Part shown: positions 1 through 14,053 of the stretch, piece after piece | Numbering within the stretch: position 1 is the first letter of the stretch | How the letters are laid out: each line of letters starts with the position of its first letter | Source of the DNA: Oopsacas minuta | Lineage: Eukaryota > Animalia > Porifera | DNA: 64,000 nucleotides | Reading direction: 5' to 3' | NCBI GenBank assembly: GCA_024704765.1 | Contig: JAKMXF010000122.1 | Location: forward strand, 329,356 to 393,355 | Translations under genes and position numbers: made by a program | Notes under the pieces: model-generated | What the model saw: only the letters and a program-made list of their open reading frames with translations | The model's database searches: none | Told to the model about the DNA's origin: nothing

Positions 1-3000
1 CTGAATAGAACTCCCTGAGAAAATGATTCTAAGTCAAAAGAACACCAAAATCGGATAAAAGTTGTGAAGTTTCTATTCCTTTTATAGAAAATAAATGAAA
101 TGATTAGAAATAGTATTCTATACATTATAAAATGGCACTATTAATATCTCGAACCATGAATGCAAAATAGCAATTATCCAACAGCAGTATTGGCTAAGTT
201 AAGTTGGAACTTGAGGGGTATTCACTGAGATTAAGTTCTATCTTAATCTCAGTGAAGTTCGAACACAAATATTAATTACCAGGGGGATTAGCGTCCCGTG
301 GCAGCCCGAATAAGGCTTCAAATACGGCCCATTACTATTGTCAGGTTTAAATCTACGGGTGTGTATTGCACTAGTGTGATTATTTTGCATAGATAAGAGC
401 AAATCTTTTTACTTACAAGCATTTTCAGGTTAGTGCCACATGTGGCACAAGTGGCACACCTAATATTCTGTGCTACTTCGTATGTCAATAACAATTATCT
501 CAAGTTAGTTTCGGAAATCCCAAATGATTTTCATTCTGTATTCCATTCTGGTGCCATCCTTCTAGTAATGTGGCAATTCCGCCACTTGTTTCACAATTAT
601 GAAAAGTCAAATATATGAATGAGCCTGCTCTAAACATTTCGAAATTGTTATACAGATAGTTAGAATTCAAATATTGTATCAGAATTGTCCGATCCCATTT
701 GAATTCTATACAATCTGAAATTGAATACTAATTAGCATATTATCTCATTAATCAATAAGTGTAGTTAGAATATATTCATTGATTTAGCCTGGACAATGAT
801 AACTAACATAGTCAAATTGTTATTTCATGTATATTAAAGTATCTATTTCAAATAATAGCCTTATTTAAAGGATTGACAATTGACTATTTAGTGGTGAGCA
901 AGTACTTGTGTTCGGTTAGTGTATTTTAGAAAGATGAATCAAAAAGTGTCAAAATATGATTTTCAACACTTCTGCGCCATCTCTAAACCATCTGGTGAAT
1001 TTTTTCTAAGGTACATTTCATGACATAAAGCAACTCGTCTGACGATGCCCAGTAATCTTTTCATAAAAATACATGTTTTGGCCACCTATGATACAGCAAT
1101 ATTCATAATTATTCTACTATAAAGTATTACAGCCGAAGTTTTATGTTCTTAACGAAAAGGATGCGATAACTTTACCACTGTGTTATAATAATTTACGCAC
1201 CCATATCAAGATTTCAGCACCTTTTGACGTCATAAAATGACACATTTTCCTGATCATATTCGGTTAAGAGTACCTCTACCCCCTAACACAAGTGCATTAA
1301 GTAGGAATATTGTACAGTTGTGTCCAGTATTAGCATTTCGTTATGTAGCAAAAGATATCCAGCCGACAGACTGGTGCTGCAGCTTAGGGTTATGTATTTA
1401 TGTACATTACCTCTGATCATACCGTGGAGCTGCCATAACGTACCAGACCTCGACTGATTTTGGTTTCTTGGGACTTATAAATATTTCAGGATATTCAATA
1501 TTATTCGTCCCCTCCTAAACTTCAGGTTCTATCCAAAAATACTATAGATAACAATATAAATAATTAGCCTTCGAATGAAAAAGGGTCTCCCGTGACGGAA
1601 ACTGTTAATTCAGGTCATTTTCATACGTCACCACTGGAATCGATCATTAATATCAAGAACTTAGAGATATTTTGTTCAAAGTATGAAAGGAACTACAGAC
1701 ACAGGGACGTAGGAAGCAAGAAATTGCTACTGCGAGGTATCTTGTATTGTTGCGACATCTAGCACATCTAACCATTAGAAATAATAGAAATTTTGATTTA
1801 TTTTTGCGCGGGGGCCACACCTGTCACATCAGCTCCTACCTCCTTGGGAGAAGAGATCACTAATTATAGACACACAGATAAAGACTTGCTGTTGAGCGGC
1901 GGATACAATTCAATAGAACAATATATATAGAGAGAAGCAAGAAAGACCATAATAAATCATATGGCACAGATTAAGAAATATTTCTATCTGCGAAATTGTT
2001 AAACTAACACATAAGTCTATCGTGATGCACTAACTTCATGGATTTTGCATAGTCACCATCACCTAATGTGTTGAGATGGAAAAGTAAATTTGGTAATGTC
2101 TGATATACCATAGGCATTCTCTCTCTTCACAAAAACATGGTCTGTATTGGTATTATATTTTCTTAGATATTGATGTGTAGAGTATACATAGTTTGCTGCT
2201 AACTTTGCTGTTAACTTCACACTAATCTCCTTAACGCACTATTCATTAGAAAAATAAGGCGGCTGTCTATTCATATCTCTCACCTACATAATATACTGCG
2301 TGTTAAGTGGCTGACAAACCAATAAAATAGCACTCCAGTTCTTTAAGATTGGAATTTAATTGGAACTGCTCACCACTCGCCTATGTTTGGCTTCTATTAG
2401 CTAAACTACCCGCAAACATCAAAAATTTCATTCGACAAACTGTTATAGCAGCTTTCGGTGTATATTAAACGGATGTATGAACTATATAAATTCCGAATTC
2501 ACCGATATAGCTTTAACAACCAATCTCCACGAGTCCAGGATGATTTTGATAATACCCAAAAAGAAATTTGATTAAACAAATGAAAATGAATTCAGTTACA
2601 ATTTTAATGCCTATAAATATCGTAATTTGCACTAACCACATCAATCTAATCTGGGTAAATCTCAGAATTATCCATTTGTAAAAGCTACCACAAGGGCCAT
2701 GCTGCTCCGGAACCCCCTTTATCTGCCCTGTATATATATATATATTTATACTATGAACTCCTTAATTCAAGCGCTAGCATCTGGCAATCTTTTGGGTCCA
2801 TTTGTATTTCAAAATTGGCAAGGTAGATACAAGAAAATATATTATTGTCATATCAGAAATCATAGTCAGGGAGTCATTTGGTCAAAGTATCTTTTCCAAA
2901 ATATTTGTGAGATGTGAGTTATGCGGTTTCACACCTTTTCGAGCTATTGTAGTGAAGTTTACATCTCGTCATTATTCCTAGCTAGAATTATGAAATGAAC

Positions 3001-5089
3001 TATCGTTGGATAGGAATTCACCTATAGTCAATCTGTAGGTGTTGTCTGTTCACTTATTGTAATCCATGTACTAGGCAATGGTGCAGGCAATTTTTTAGGA
3101 CCAGCGATTGGTTAAACCAGTTTGGGATTACATCGGAGGCTATGGATGGAGTATATATTTTAGGAGCAGTGCACTTTTGACTGAATAAATGTATTTGGTA
3201 CTTGTAGATATACATTTCTCAATTATATTTTTCTCAACATTTGCCAAATCATTTGGTTAAAAGCATGAATTTGGTGAAATTTCCTAAAGTCCCTCCATCA
3301 TAGTTATATTCGATGAAATTTGGAGTATGAAATAATCAAAATCGTTTCTATACGACATTTGTCTTGATTAAGTTCGCACTTTAATATATTCTAGCATATA
3401 TAATTGAAGGTATCGTTTTGTCACTATCCAACTTTATTGGACAATTATAGAATAGATTGTAAAAGTCAGGGTAGCCTTTTCATAGTATACAACTCCCATA
3501 CCCCAATAATAAATCTCGATGTGATATTTCCCAAGATTATTGCGTTATTTTGAAAATGTCCATAAGTGGGCACATTCATGTTTCCGCCACATTCGTAATA
3601 GATACCTTATCAAAATAGTTTTAGGGGATGGGAAGTCTGGTGTTTACCATAAAATGGAAATCTTGACATTTCGATAATCTACACGATTATCAAGTTATAA
3701 GTGGATATTGACAAACTTGTGTCATCAAGTGCCCTATAACTCAGCATCAACTATATTTGAGTATCTATTATATATTTTGTCAAAGGTTTTTTGTTTTTTG
3801 ATTCATAGGAGGGATTGAGGGATATACACCCCCTAGTATGAGTAATTTATATGAAATCATAGTGGATTATGAAATTCATGCAAATACACTCAATAATTGG
3901 CTCAAATTCCAAACCTTAAATTTCTCCATGTTTGGCTGGCATATTTCCATATAGATCATGTATATTAACATAATTTCAGGTATATGCATTGTATTCTAAG
4001 GATTGAAGTGGCTTGAACTGAAAGGTGGGTAGGTACAAGAATTATGAACACGGCAACACTTTATATGCTTATGAAAGTTTTGCCCAAGTTAGAATAAAAG
4101 TTATGCTATCAGGTAATTTGGATCCTCGAAATTTGCTTATCTTAACTGCGTCATAGGCAATTGGCATGGAATCTTCTCTATGGATATCCAAGTACATTAT
4201 CTCGTTGTATTTATGAGTATGTTGTATAACTTGTATTATTTGTATACATTTGCATGTACATAGGTTGCCAATAAATTTGCAGCGCAGATTGGGAACAAAA
4301 TTTGTTGTAATTAGGCCTTGTCGTCCAGGGGCGAAGCTACTGGACCCACTGGGGGCTTATTGCGCCCTAGATCACCAACTAGATAACTATCACCCTCCAC
4401 CAGCAATTACTAGATCAGCCACAGTATGTAACCATGTATATTTAAATATGTTCCTATGAAGTGACAAAAACGATTACAACTTTTTATAGATCACATTGAC
4501 TGTATTAATATTGAATAAAAAATAATCAAACAAGACGAATTTTACGTTTTTTTTCTATATCAAAATGCCACGATAAATTCAACTTGGTCCCAAGAAATCA
4601 CAAATACATACCTAGAGAGGTTGAAATAGTATTCGGCACAATGAATCCTCCTGATTAAGAGAAGTTAGGCTTAAGAAACAGCTTCATGACCAACTGGATA
4701 ATTAGACAGATAATGTCTTACTGAACATACAGTCAGTCTCAAGCGCCAACAAACATGTTCGCGAACACGTTTAGAAAATGCGAATGTCACAGAGCGTCCC
4801 ACCGGTCTAACATCCAAGTTGGAACGATGATATAATCAATTGACAGCGAGAGCTATACTAAGCCGGCTTCCCACATAAAGCGTCAGTTAGTATGCGAAGA
4901 ATCTCAGAATAAAATTTGGCCTGACTTAGCTATCAGAGAGATTACTAAGCCAAATCAAAATGTACAACAAATATTTGTCGCCTTTTTCTCTGCATTCTTT
5001 TCCTGCCTCAGAAATTCTCGATAATGTAGTCGATGAACATTCAACAAGCCTCATGAATTTTCCCTTCCCCATTGTGGGGCTAAATTTTT

Positions 5090-6900
5090 GGAGAACGAGA
5101 AACTCTCTAGTAGCCTTAAAATAGTGCTTCATATTTCCCTCTTGTAGAGGACTGGGAAGGTTGTTCTTCCTCCTTTTTGCTCCACTCCTTGAAATGTTTA
5201 AACATCTAATGACAGTCAAGGGAAAGTTCACAGACATCATGTATGAACCTACAATCTCCTCTTGCTTCGCTTCAAATGGTGTGATCCTTGATAAAGAACT
5301 ACCTAACGCTACATAGAGTTACACTTTCCGCATTCAAAGAATTGTCCACCATTATATCGGCTAACTCACTCCAAGCAAGGCGCAGGGCCATCCTATGCCC
5401 AAATCTATTTTCATGATTGAACAACTGATGGAGTGGAAGAGAATTGTCAGCGAAATTTCGGAGAGGTATTTCTTCCAGAAATGAGAAGATTACAAGATAT
5501 ACTCCATTAGATTAGCCAATTTCAAACAAGTTTATGGAAATTGTGAAAGAAAATGGAGCCAGTGACGTTAGGATGGTCATCAGAGCTGATGATAGTCCAG
5601 ATCTCAGACGATACAATGCTCCTACTGCTCCTGAGATTGATGTCATAATGCCTGGAGGCGGGTACACAGAAGGACTAGCCACCAGAGACATGGTATTAAA
5701 TGCATCTTCAGAGGTATGCAACTTATCACCGAGTGAAACTGTGCTTATGATCCTATATATCATGTTTATTGTTCCTTACAAGAGATAATGGGTTGCATTT
5801 GAAATTCCCTCACAGCCGAAGAAATGGATATGGAACTCCCAAGGGGTTCTACTTTTATCATATTATGGTTAGAGTAGAATTAAGCTCTCCACAACTCTGT
5901 GGTAGGCTCTACCACTAATAGTTGGGTGAATGTTTGCAAAGTCCAGTTACTGAGTCTCAATGGTTGCAAGTTTAATCAAATTATGCTCAGAATTGAACCA
6001 TACAGTGGACTTAGCGATGCACTATCAGCTGGAGATATGAATCATGGGAAATTTGGTAGAAGATTGATATTGCCTTCTGCCAAGGACGGATTAAGCCATA
6101 GACCGACTAAGCTGAAGCCTAGGGTACCGAATATTGAGGGGCCCTAAATATTATTTTGGCATTGATGAAGCCAATATACATTTAGGTATTTGGATGTCTC
6201 AAATTTATCAACCCCATTGCAACTTTCCACCTCGATAAATTCTCAAAATACAAATATTATGTATTTTTCTCCCTTTCATGAAGAAAGACGCATTTATTAT
6301 TCAATAAATTCCCTGGATTCCCGAATAGCTTATATAAGATTCATACTATTTCCTTAATCGAAAACCTGAGATCGTCTTGATTTGATTGTTCGGGTGTTCG
6401 AAAATCAAATTATGTGAATTTTCTGAAGAGCTCAGCATAGAACACGTATTAGGGAAGCCTAAACATATGCATGCGCAATTGAATTTCTATAACGTGGCCT
6501 CCCTTAAGCTCATATGTTAGTGATTTATCAGAGTCAGATAAACCGGCAAAACCATCTGCTTAAATTCTATGCGGAGAAATTCTAACCCTAAAACATCACT
6601 AATCTTTATGTAATCGTGAAGCGTTGTATGATGCATAGTCCATTAGGAAAATCATGTAAACAGGCTCCAAACATGCAAGACGGAAATGTAGTAAACCATT
6701 TACTAAGGAATTTGGAGAATATACTAAATATTAACCATGAAATTGCTTTTGAGATAATCTGTGTGATGTTAGGGAAGAAAATATTCATGATTGCACTGAG
6801 AATTACATGAGTCAGAATTGGATTGATCAAGAATTTATAGAACATAGTAACAGACAAATTCAGTGTCGAATTTAAACCAAAATATTCCAAAAGTAATGGA
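5090..6900 (+). pseudogene. Decayed Helitron Rep (N-terminal and HUH part of RepHel)
   Basis: Frame-hopping translation gives Helitron motifs in the expected order: GKVVLPP; FASNGV..YTFRIQ..HYIG; YAQIYFHD; DLRRYNAPTAPEI (ORF 5534); YSGLSDAL..GRRLILPS (ORF 5899); DRLDLIVRVF; AIEFL*RGLP*AHML (the IEFQKRGLPHAH HUH motif); RCMMHSP..DGKCSK. It has many stops and frameshifts and an unrelated insertion at ~6080-6280. No helicase half was seen. Confidence 0.85.
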
Positions 6901-7429
6901 AACCTGAAATAAACGGCCGAGTCGAAATACGTGTGATAAATTAATACAAACAAAAGAATATATGGATATATAAATAGAAGTGAGCATATATACATTCAAT
7001 AGAAATAGACTAAAATAGAGAATAAAGATATTGCGACAGATTAAGTTCAAATAAATTGGTGTATTGTTGTGGAATATAGGATGTATGAATACCGAAGAAC
7101 ATAGATTATGCAAAAGGGTTTATATAAGTACATTTCATACTAGTTACTCAGTGACCAGATAGAAGCTGACAGAAACTATCAACAATTGCTCATACATAAT
7201 TTTTTTTAGCAAAACACTTCTGCAGTACTTTAGGCTAACTTCAACAGCTTGTTCACACGCTACATAGTATGCACATAATGATTCGTAGAGAGCAAATAAA
7301 TATCATCTATCTAAATCTCAATAGTTATAGAACAGCTCCAAGGTGTAGATGAGATAGCAACAACTAGCAAATGCGCTTACATAGACTTATTTTGCACTTA
7401 CAACCAAAAATTAGTTGTAGATTTTCACA

Positions 7430-8700
7430 TTTAACAAGTTTACTCATTCAATTTCTGTTGCACATATTTATGGTAATTCTCACCTGTTACAAGTATACAT
7501 ATTCTATTTCAATAGTCTCCACATTTTCACAGTGATTCTCTCATGTAACAAGTTGAATACTTATATTTCAACAGTCTGAACATAATCATGGTGTTTCCCA
7601 CTTTCAACAAGATTACTTATACTGTTTGAACCGTATGCACAAATTCACGTCGATAATGACCTATTACAAGTATAACTATTCTATTAATACAGTTTGCACA
7701 GGTTCATGGTAGTTCTCACTTGTGACTATATCTGTCATTCAATTTCAACTGTTTGCACATATTAACAATGATACTCACCAGTAACAAGTTTAATTATTCA
7801 ATTTCCACTCTTTACAATTATTCACGGTGATTCTAGCATTTAAACTTTTTGATCATTCATTTTCCACTTTATGTACTTATTTATTGCGAATCTGACAAGT
7901 AACCGCTATAGTCATTCAATTTCAATGTCTTTATGTATTCATTGTGATTCTTTTATTTAACTTGTTTTATTATTCAATTTCAGCATTTTGCATTTGTTAA
8001 CCGTGATTCTGAAGTATACACGGTTTAATCATTTCGTTCTTTCTGTCTTCACTTGTTAACGGGAATTCTGGCATCTACAAGTTTGGTCAATTATTTTCAA
8101 TTGTCTGCCCATTTTCAAGTTGATAATTCCCGGTAATTCTAAGATGTAAACACTATAAACATTCAATCTAGTTGATAAATTCCCGAGTATTCTGACATGT
8201 AAACACTATATACATTCAATCTTCGCTTTCTGCACATATTCACTGTGATACTTTACTGTAACAAGTATGATCATTACATCTCCACGATTTGTATGTATTT
8301 ATGGTTATTGTACTGGGGAAACAGAGAAACCATTAACTTCAACAATCTGCACGAAATTATGGGGATTCCGGCATGTAACTGCCATTAATCATTCAATTTC
8401 AACTGTCTGCACCTATCCACAGTGATTCTGACATGTAGGAAGAATAATCAGTCAAATATACCAGCCTGCATATTTTCACTGTAATTATGACATGTTACAA
8501 GTTGGATGATTTTATTTCAACTGTTTGCACATATCCGCTGTGATTATGACATGTAACAAGAAAAATGATTCAATATCAACTGTTTGCACATATTCACTGT
8601 GATTATGACAAGGAACTAGTTGACGGTCATTCAATTTTTAGTGTCTGCACTTATTCAGGTTGATTCTGACATGTAATACCTAATGTAGTTATTTGCACAT
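7430..8700. repeat. Degenerate tandem array, ~60-bp monomer
   Basis: A unit like TCAACTGTTTGCACATATTCACTGTGATTCTGACATGTAACAAGTTTGATCATTCAATT recurs about every 59-62 bp (e.g. 8521 vs 8580), roughly 20 copies. Confidence 0.9.
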
Positions 8701-9374
8701 TTAGCAAACATTCGGTTTCATAAATTTGATATTTTTGTATCCATGGTTAAATTGTTTTGCATATTTTTAGTGAACCATATGTATAATATTTATCGTAAAC
8801 CTTTGGTGTATACTTTTTGTTCTTCGTTAAATATTATGGACACAAAATTTTATACGATGTTATTAATACTGGTATTGCAAACAAATTTCACATATCAAAG
8901 AATCTCATGGGGATGTTATTGAAGCAGGAAACTATGATATTTTGGGATAAAGGAGTAATGATGGAAAATCAAAGTCTTAAAAAAGAGATTGTGAAAATAC
9001 ATAAATCAAAGTGAATTTTCAAAAACAATGTCCAATTTGCTTCAATGCAATACTGTCGAATTATTTCAAATCCTACAATGCCTAATGTTGGCATATATAT
9101 ATATATATCTAATATCCAAAATACAAGAATGTCCGATTTTCGCTAACGCGACATTTTCCACTTAGCCAAAAATAGAACAAAATGTCTAATTTTATCAAAT
9201 ATTCAGTATGTTCAATTGTACTAAATACAACAATGTCAAATTCACTCGAACATAGGTAAAATTTTCACCATTTTAACAAAGTCCAGTTTTCATAATATTT
9301 GTCCAACTATCCAATTACATCAATGTCTAATTTTACCAATACAACGATGTTACACTTAAATATCTTATATATTT

Positions 9375-9660
9375 ATCCTAAGTATTTTTTCGGTTTTGTC
9401 CGGAAATGGATGAGCAACTGGTAAGAGCTAAAGAACTGAAATTTGGCAGGATTGTGGTAGTTAATTAATCTATAAACAAGTTCCTAGATCTGAGCGACCT
9501 CAAAAGGTTTCTGTGATAGGTGTCAAAATATGTTGACTTATCAGAATTGACGCCTACAATTTGGGATCAAGGGTGTTTGCAGGATTCGGATAGCCCGAAG
9601 CAGGGGCGGGTCTATGAATAACAACTGGGACATGTTTTCTACCGTACCAACTAACAATTA
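9375..9660. mobile_element. Short interspersed non-autonomous element (DINE/HINE-like core); a second copy lies at ~11285-11460
   Basis: AACTGGTAAGAGCTAAAGAACTGAAATTTGGCA (~9416) recurs as AACTGGTAAGAGCTACAAACTTGAAATTTGGCA (~11304), with similar downstream sequence. The Helentron-type assignment is from recalled resemblance only. Confidence 0.4.
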
Positions 9661-9710
9661 CAAAGTATAGTGGCTCAGTTCTAGGATGTTTGACTTTATA
9701 TTAATATATA

Positions 9711-11057
9711 CAGGGTGTCTCAAAAGTCTTTTTCTCTTATGAATACCACTATAATATAGAATTTCTTAGATAAATTCATCTAATTATTTGCCTATATATT
9801 CACCATTAAGTTTTATACATGAATTAATTCGACTTGGCATCCCATCAACTAAATTCTCAAGTATCGACGGGCTAATCCCATTCCATATATTTTCCAAATA
9901 TTTTCCGAGCTGTGTTAAATTTGTAGCGGGCTTTCTCTTGTCTAGCTCTGCTTGCATAATAGACCAAAGATTTTCGATGGGATTTAAATCTGGGGAGTTA
10001 CTAGGCCAAACACCTTTCTCCCAAAAGCCAGGTAGATGCTCTGAAAGCCATTTCTGGGTCCTTATGGCTGTATGGGCAGGGGCGCCATCCTGCATGAAAA
10101 TTGTCTCGGACATCTTTCGACAGATTTTCCTTTGGGTAAGTGGGGCGCTAGTCTTTCTACGCTTAAAGGTAGGGAGACAACACTTCTCCAGGATTTCATT
10201 AATATAGTAGTCAGTATTCACTGAGTGTTTTGGGGGGATGAAGTGTAGTTCTGATAGCCCTGACCGGCTTATCATTCCCCAGACCATCATTTGGGGGGGT
10301 TTTTGACTGATTCAACTGTGGTAATGTTGTGCGGATTAATGTCCCAAACACGATCATTCTGCCTATTAGTCGGATGGAAAAGCTCAAAAGGGCTTTCATC
10401 ACTAAAAAGAACTCTTCCCCAATCACGACCAGTCCATGTTTTGCGTTCCTGACAGAATTCTAGCCTCTTTACCCCTTTTGTTTTTCAGTCAATTTCGGGT
10501 ATGAGGTTCTTTTATAGGCTTTCGCTCCGATTGTGTCGCGTAAATAACGGTGAATTGTGTCTTTACTAACGCTCACCGACTTAGGCGAGATATATTCCGC
10601 AAGATTTCGGGTTGAATTGTAGCGTTTCTCGATTGATTTTCGAATTATAATTTTCAGAATCCGAGAAAGCTTCGTCGGAAGTCCAGACCGGTGCTTGTCA
10701 TCAAGCAAATATCCAGCTCTATGCCTTTTACACCAGTTCCGAACTGTCCGAATTGTGACTCCAAGAGTATTGGCGACTGTTTTCTATGTTGAACCCGCTT
10801 CAATCATGCTAATCGCTCGCTCACGAACAGCAAATCTCGGTTTCATGACATTCATGTATGAAATTTGTGAGGGTTGAGAAAAAATTACGAAATATAAACA
10901 GATTATCAAATAAGGAAATGAAGTATTCATTATAGTATTGGACTACTATAGACTAATAATAATAATCTGAAAAATGGTCGGTTAGTAAACAATACTGTTC
11001 GATTTATAACGACTTCAATCGAAGTACTGAGGAGGAAAAAACTTTTGAGACACCCTG
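9711..11057 (-). mobile_element. Tc1/mariner transposon, DD37E type; transposase inactivated
   Basis: TIRs CAGGGTGTCTCAAAAGT at both ends, flanked by TA. Motifs LFSDES, FMQDGAPAHT and WPSNSPDLNPIENLW, with 37 residues between D and E. The N-terminal HTH has a stop and there are frameshifts. Confidence 0.95.
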
Positions 11058-11059
11058 TA

Positions 11060-11243
11060 TAGTGGAGTCTCCTAAAACGGACACTCCGAGAATCAGACAT
11101 TCCCTCTCCAACGAACAAACATCCTGCAACGGAATGAATTAGCAATCATATATGTAATACTTTAGCAGTGTCCGAGAATGGGACAACTCCTAAAAAGGAC
11201 AGAAGGATATTCCCAACGTATCCGTTATTCAGAGACTATGCTA
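11060..11243. mobile_element. pogo/Tigger-type MITE
   Basis: Imperfect TIRs TAGTGGAGTCTCCTAAAACGGACAC and the reverse complement of GTATCCGTTATTCAGAGACTATGCTA, flanked by TA. It shares a TA with the adjacent Tc1. Confidence 0.55.
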
Positions 11244-12589
11244 TATATATAGGTCTAATATATAATTTGTCGATGGTATACATTTTGTTCGGAATAGATT
11301 GAAGAACTGGTAAGAGCTACAAACTTGAAATTTGGCATATGTGTGGAATGTGATAAATCTAGGAACAAATTCTAAGATCTAAGCGATATCTGAAACTCTC
11401 TTAGATAGGTGCTATAATATATTGACCTATTAGATTCGAGTGTTTAACAACTTGGGAAGCAATAATTAGAAGTTAATATCACTGAAGATGATATACTTGA
11501 CTCGGGCCATATTGAAGAAGGCATCTTCGACGCACCCGCAAGCTATTTGATGGTGAGGGTGAGACTAAAGATGTCACCAAGCTGTCCGGAAAGAAACCAC
11601 GGAAACACCGAATGTTGAAAGGGAACTAAGTGACCCTAATATTGCTCTTAGTCATTAAAAGACCAAGTTAATTGTGGACAATAACAAGTGGAAACACAGA
11701 TTTACAGGGAAGGGTTACCCTTCAATTTAAATTTAATTTTAACATATAAAAGTATACAAACATTTTATAGAACAAGTAATTCATCCACTTTTCAAATATT
11801 ATGTAGCATTCAAACAAAGATATTCTTATCTAAAATGTAAATAACGACAATGTATTGGGTAGAATTGTAAGTGAGCCAACTCGATTGAAATTTTGGAATA
11901 TTTCAAAAAATTTTTTTGAATCTCATAGACATATCAAATAATTTATATATAACTCAACTCTACTATTGTACAGTTTTTGTATATTAGTTTTCCATGTTCG
12001 AGGAAAGGTCATTTATTAGTCCTAATGAAAGTCACCTTTTTGGAATTAGGGCATGGGGTTTTTGTATTACAAAAACTATACTATACTATAGTTGAGCTAT
12101 ATATAAGGAATCTGTAGATACATATACGATATAAACTAAATATGTACTATGTGTATGGAATGTATTATCAGAGAGTTTTTGATATATCGCTAGATTTTGT
12201 AATATCTCAGAATAGATTTTAATAAATTAACTAATAGATCCTATTTTACAAAATAATTAATTTTCCAGTATGTTTATTAAACTTGTATCTAAGTTTGTGA
12301 ATTTAATTACCGTACTTAGAAATTAATTTCCCGCTTAAAGTAGGTAGTTCAAATGGTATGATACACCCAACGGTGAGAGACAAGTATATACGTTAGTGAT
12401 TAATTCCATAAACGTTTTCCTAACTACATAATGTGGAATTAATGATTATTTGTGGCCAACGTAATGCTATTACGAGAAATTAAAATGATAGATATGTATT
12501 TGTTCAATGAATATAAAAGAGGAATATAGCGGGCAGCCGAAGGGTGCCACTCGCGAACTCTTTGGGTTCGTGTGCCGCGCAACGCAAGT

Positions 12590-12720
12590 AAACGTAGCTT
12601 GCTTGTCTATTTATGTTTTCGTTCTGCTGTTCACGCCTTTAGAGATTAAGATACCAAATTTGCATGTATACTGAGAATGACATCAATTTGTCCACTTGAC
12701 AATAAAAGTATTTCTAATGT
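12590..12720. repeat. Dispersed repeat (second copy ~22375-22480), possibly a non-autonomous Helentron-type element
   Basis: GTTTTCGTTCTGCTGTTCACGCCTTTAGAGATTAAGATACCAAATTTGCATG is similar to GTTTTCGCTCTGCTGTTCATACCTTCAGAGATTAAGGCACCAATTTTGGCATG. A GC hairpin lies upstream at ~12529-12556. Confidence 0.45.
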
Positions 12721-12897
12721 ATAGATTCATACACATTTTGATTAGCCTGTTTATTAATCCAATTAGATTGTATTGCTTTAGGCATAAATGCATAAACTTA
12801 GTTCTGTGGAGTGTATATCATTATTGGCACCATAATGTATTTGTATTGCATATAGACTGCAATTCTATTGGTCAGTACATTATACTCAGGGTATATA

Positions 12898-14053
12898 TGT
12901 TACAGTCAATGTGTAAAATCAGTCAATTTACAAATTGACTAAAATTTCCAGTCAATTTGTAAATTAACTGATTCACTTAGGCAATTTACAAATTGACTAG
13001 AATTTTCAGCCAATTTACAAATTGACTGAATCATTGGTCGTTTTTTATGACAGATTGACTGAACCGTATTACGAATTTAATTAATTGATATCAATATCTA
13101 TTAAAAGCATGTGATTACAGCATACTGACTAAATAGTTCATATATCGTTCCCATTCAGATCTTGTTGGGGCAGGTCATGCTCGCGTGACACTTGCTATTA
13201 CATTTAAGTCCAGTCTTGAAACACTTACATTTGTTTGATTTGCATTGTGTACCACTTTGTGTACAGTTACACTTGGCAAACCCTTGTCCACCACACTTTG
13301 ACCCTTGTTGAACAGCTTGTCGTATGCCTATTTCTTTGTCTGTGGTGAAATCGTTCACACTGTGTAGCGGATGGGGACACAAATCAAACTGATTTCGGTT
13401 GTATGATCCTTTCAGGATTCCAGATCGGACTGCTATACGATGCATGTCAATTTCATTTCTTTCCAGAATTACACCCATCATGTTTCGAGGATGACCTCTA
13501 TTTGTTCACTTACCTGCCAAGGATATCGTACTGCCTGTTGGACTTCTTTGTGGTGTCAGATGCAACTTTGACCTCTTCAAGCAACAAAAAATACTCGTGT
13601 TTGGTCATCAATAATGATTTGGCATCGGAGCTTTTCCGTTTCAACATCTCCTCACGAAAGACTGTTCCTTAGTTTCCGACATCTTTTAGAGTTATGAGGG
13701 TGTTCATATTACCTTGCCTTTTATACTCCAGAATATTTCACGTCGATAGATGCTTCCCTTTGATATGTTGTTATTGAGGATACACTACTTTGAGCCAGGT
13801 TTCTCTTATACATTTTCAATTCTTAAGTTGAGTAGACGTATATGTTTTGGAATAACAACAATTGCAAGATTTCCCATTTATTCACTACTTTATTGATTTG
13901 TAATTCGTAATATGTTTTCAGTCAATCTGTCAAAAAAAACGACCAATGATTCAGTCAATTTGTAAATTGCCTAAGTGAATCAGTCAATGTACAAATTGAC
14001 TGGAAATTTCAGCCAATTTGTAAGTTGACTGATTTTACACATTGACTGTAACA
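12898..14053 (-). mobile_element. Ginger2/KRBA2-like transposon, internal-deletion derivative
   Basis: Long internally repetitive TIRs starting TGTTACAGTCAATGTGTAAAATCAG, with a 4-bp TSD TATA. It keeps exon 1 and the Cys-rich C-terminus (GGQGFAKCNC..CKCFK..CNSKCH..CPNK, ORF 13155-13481). The integrase core is deleted relative to 35943-38360. Confidence 0.85.

Noticed and set aside
3804-4458. hAT-type MITEs (CATAGGA..TCCTATG; CAGGGGCG..GCCACAG)
   Set aside because: The terminal matches are short and there is no 8-bp target-site duplication.
433-4459. Short ORFs 433, 2699 and 4250, and the many antisense ORFs elsewhere
   Set aside because: They have no recognisable domains and low-complexity AT-rich composition, or are simply antisense to transposase relics.
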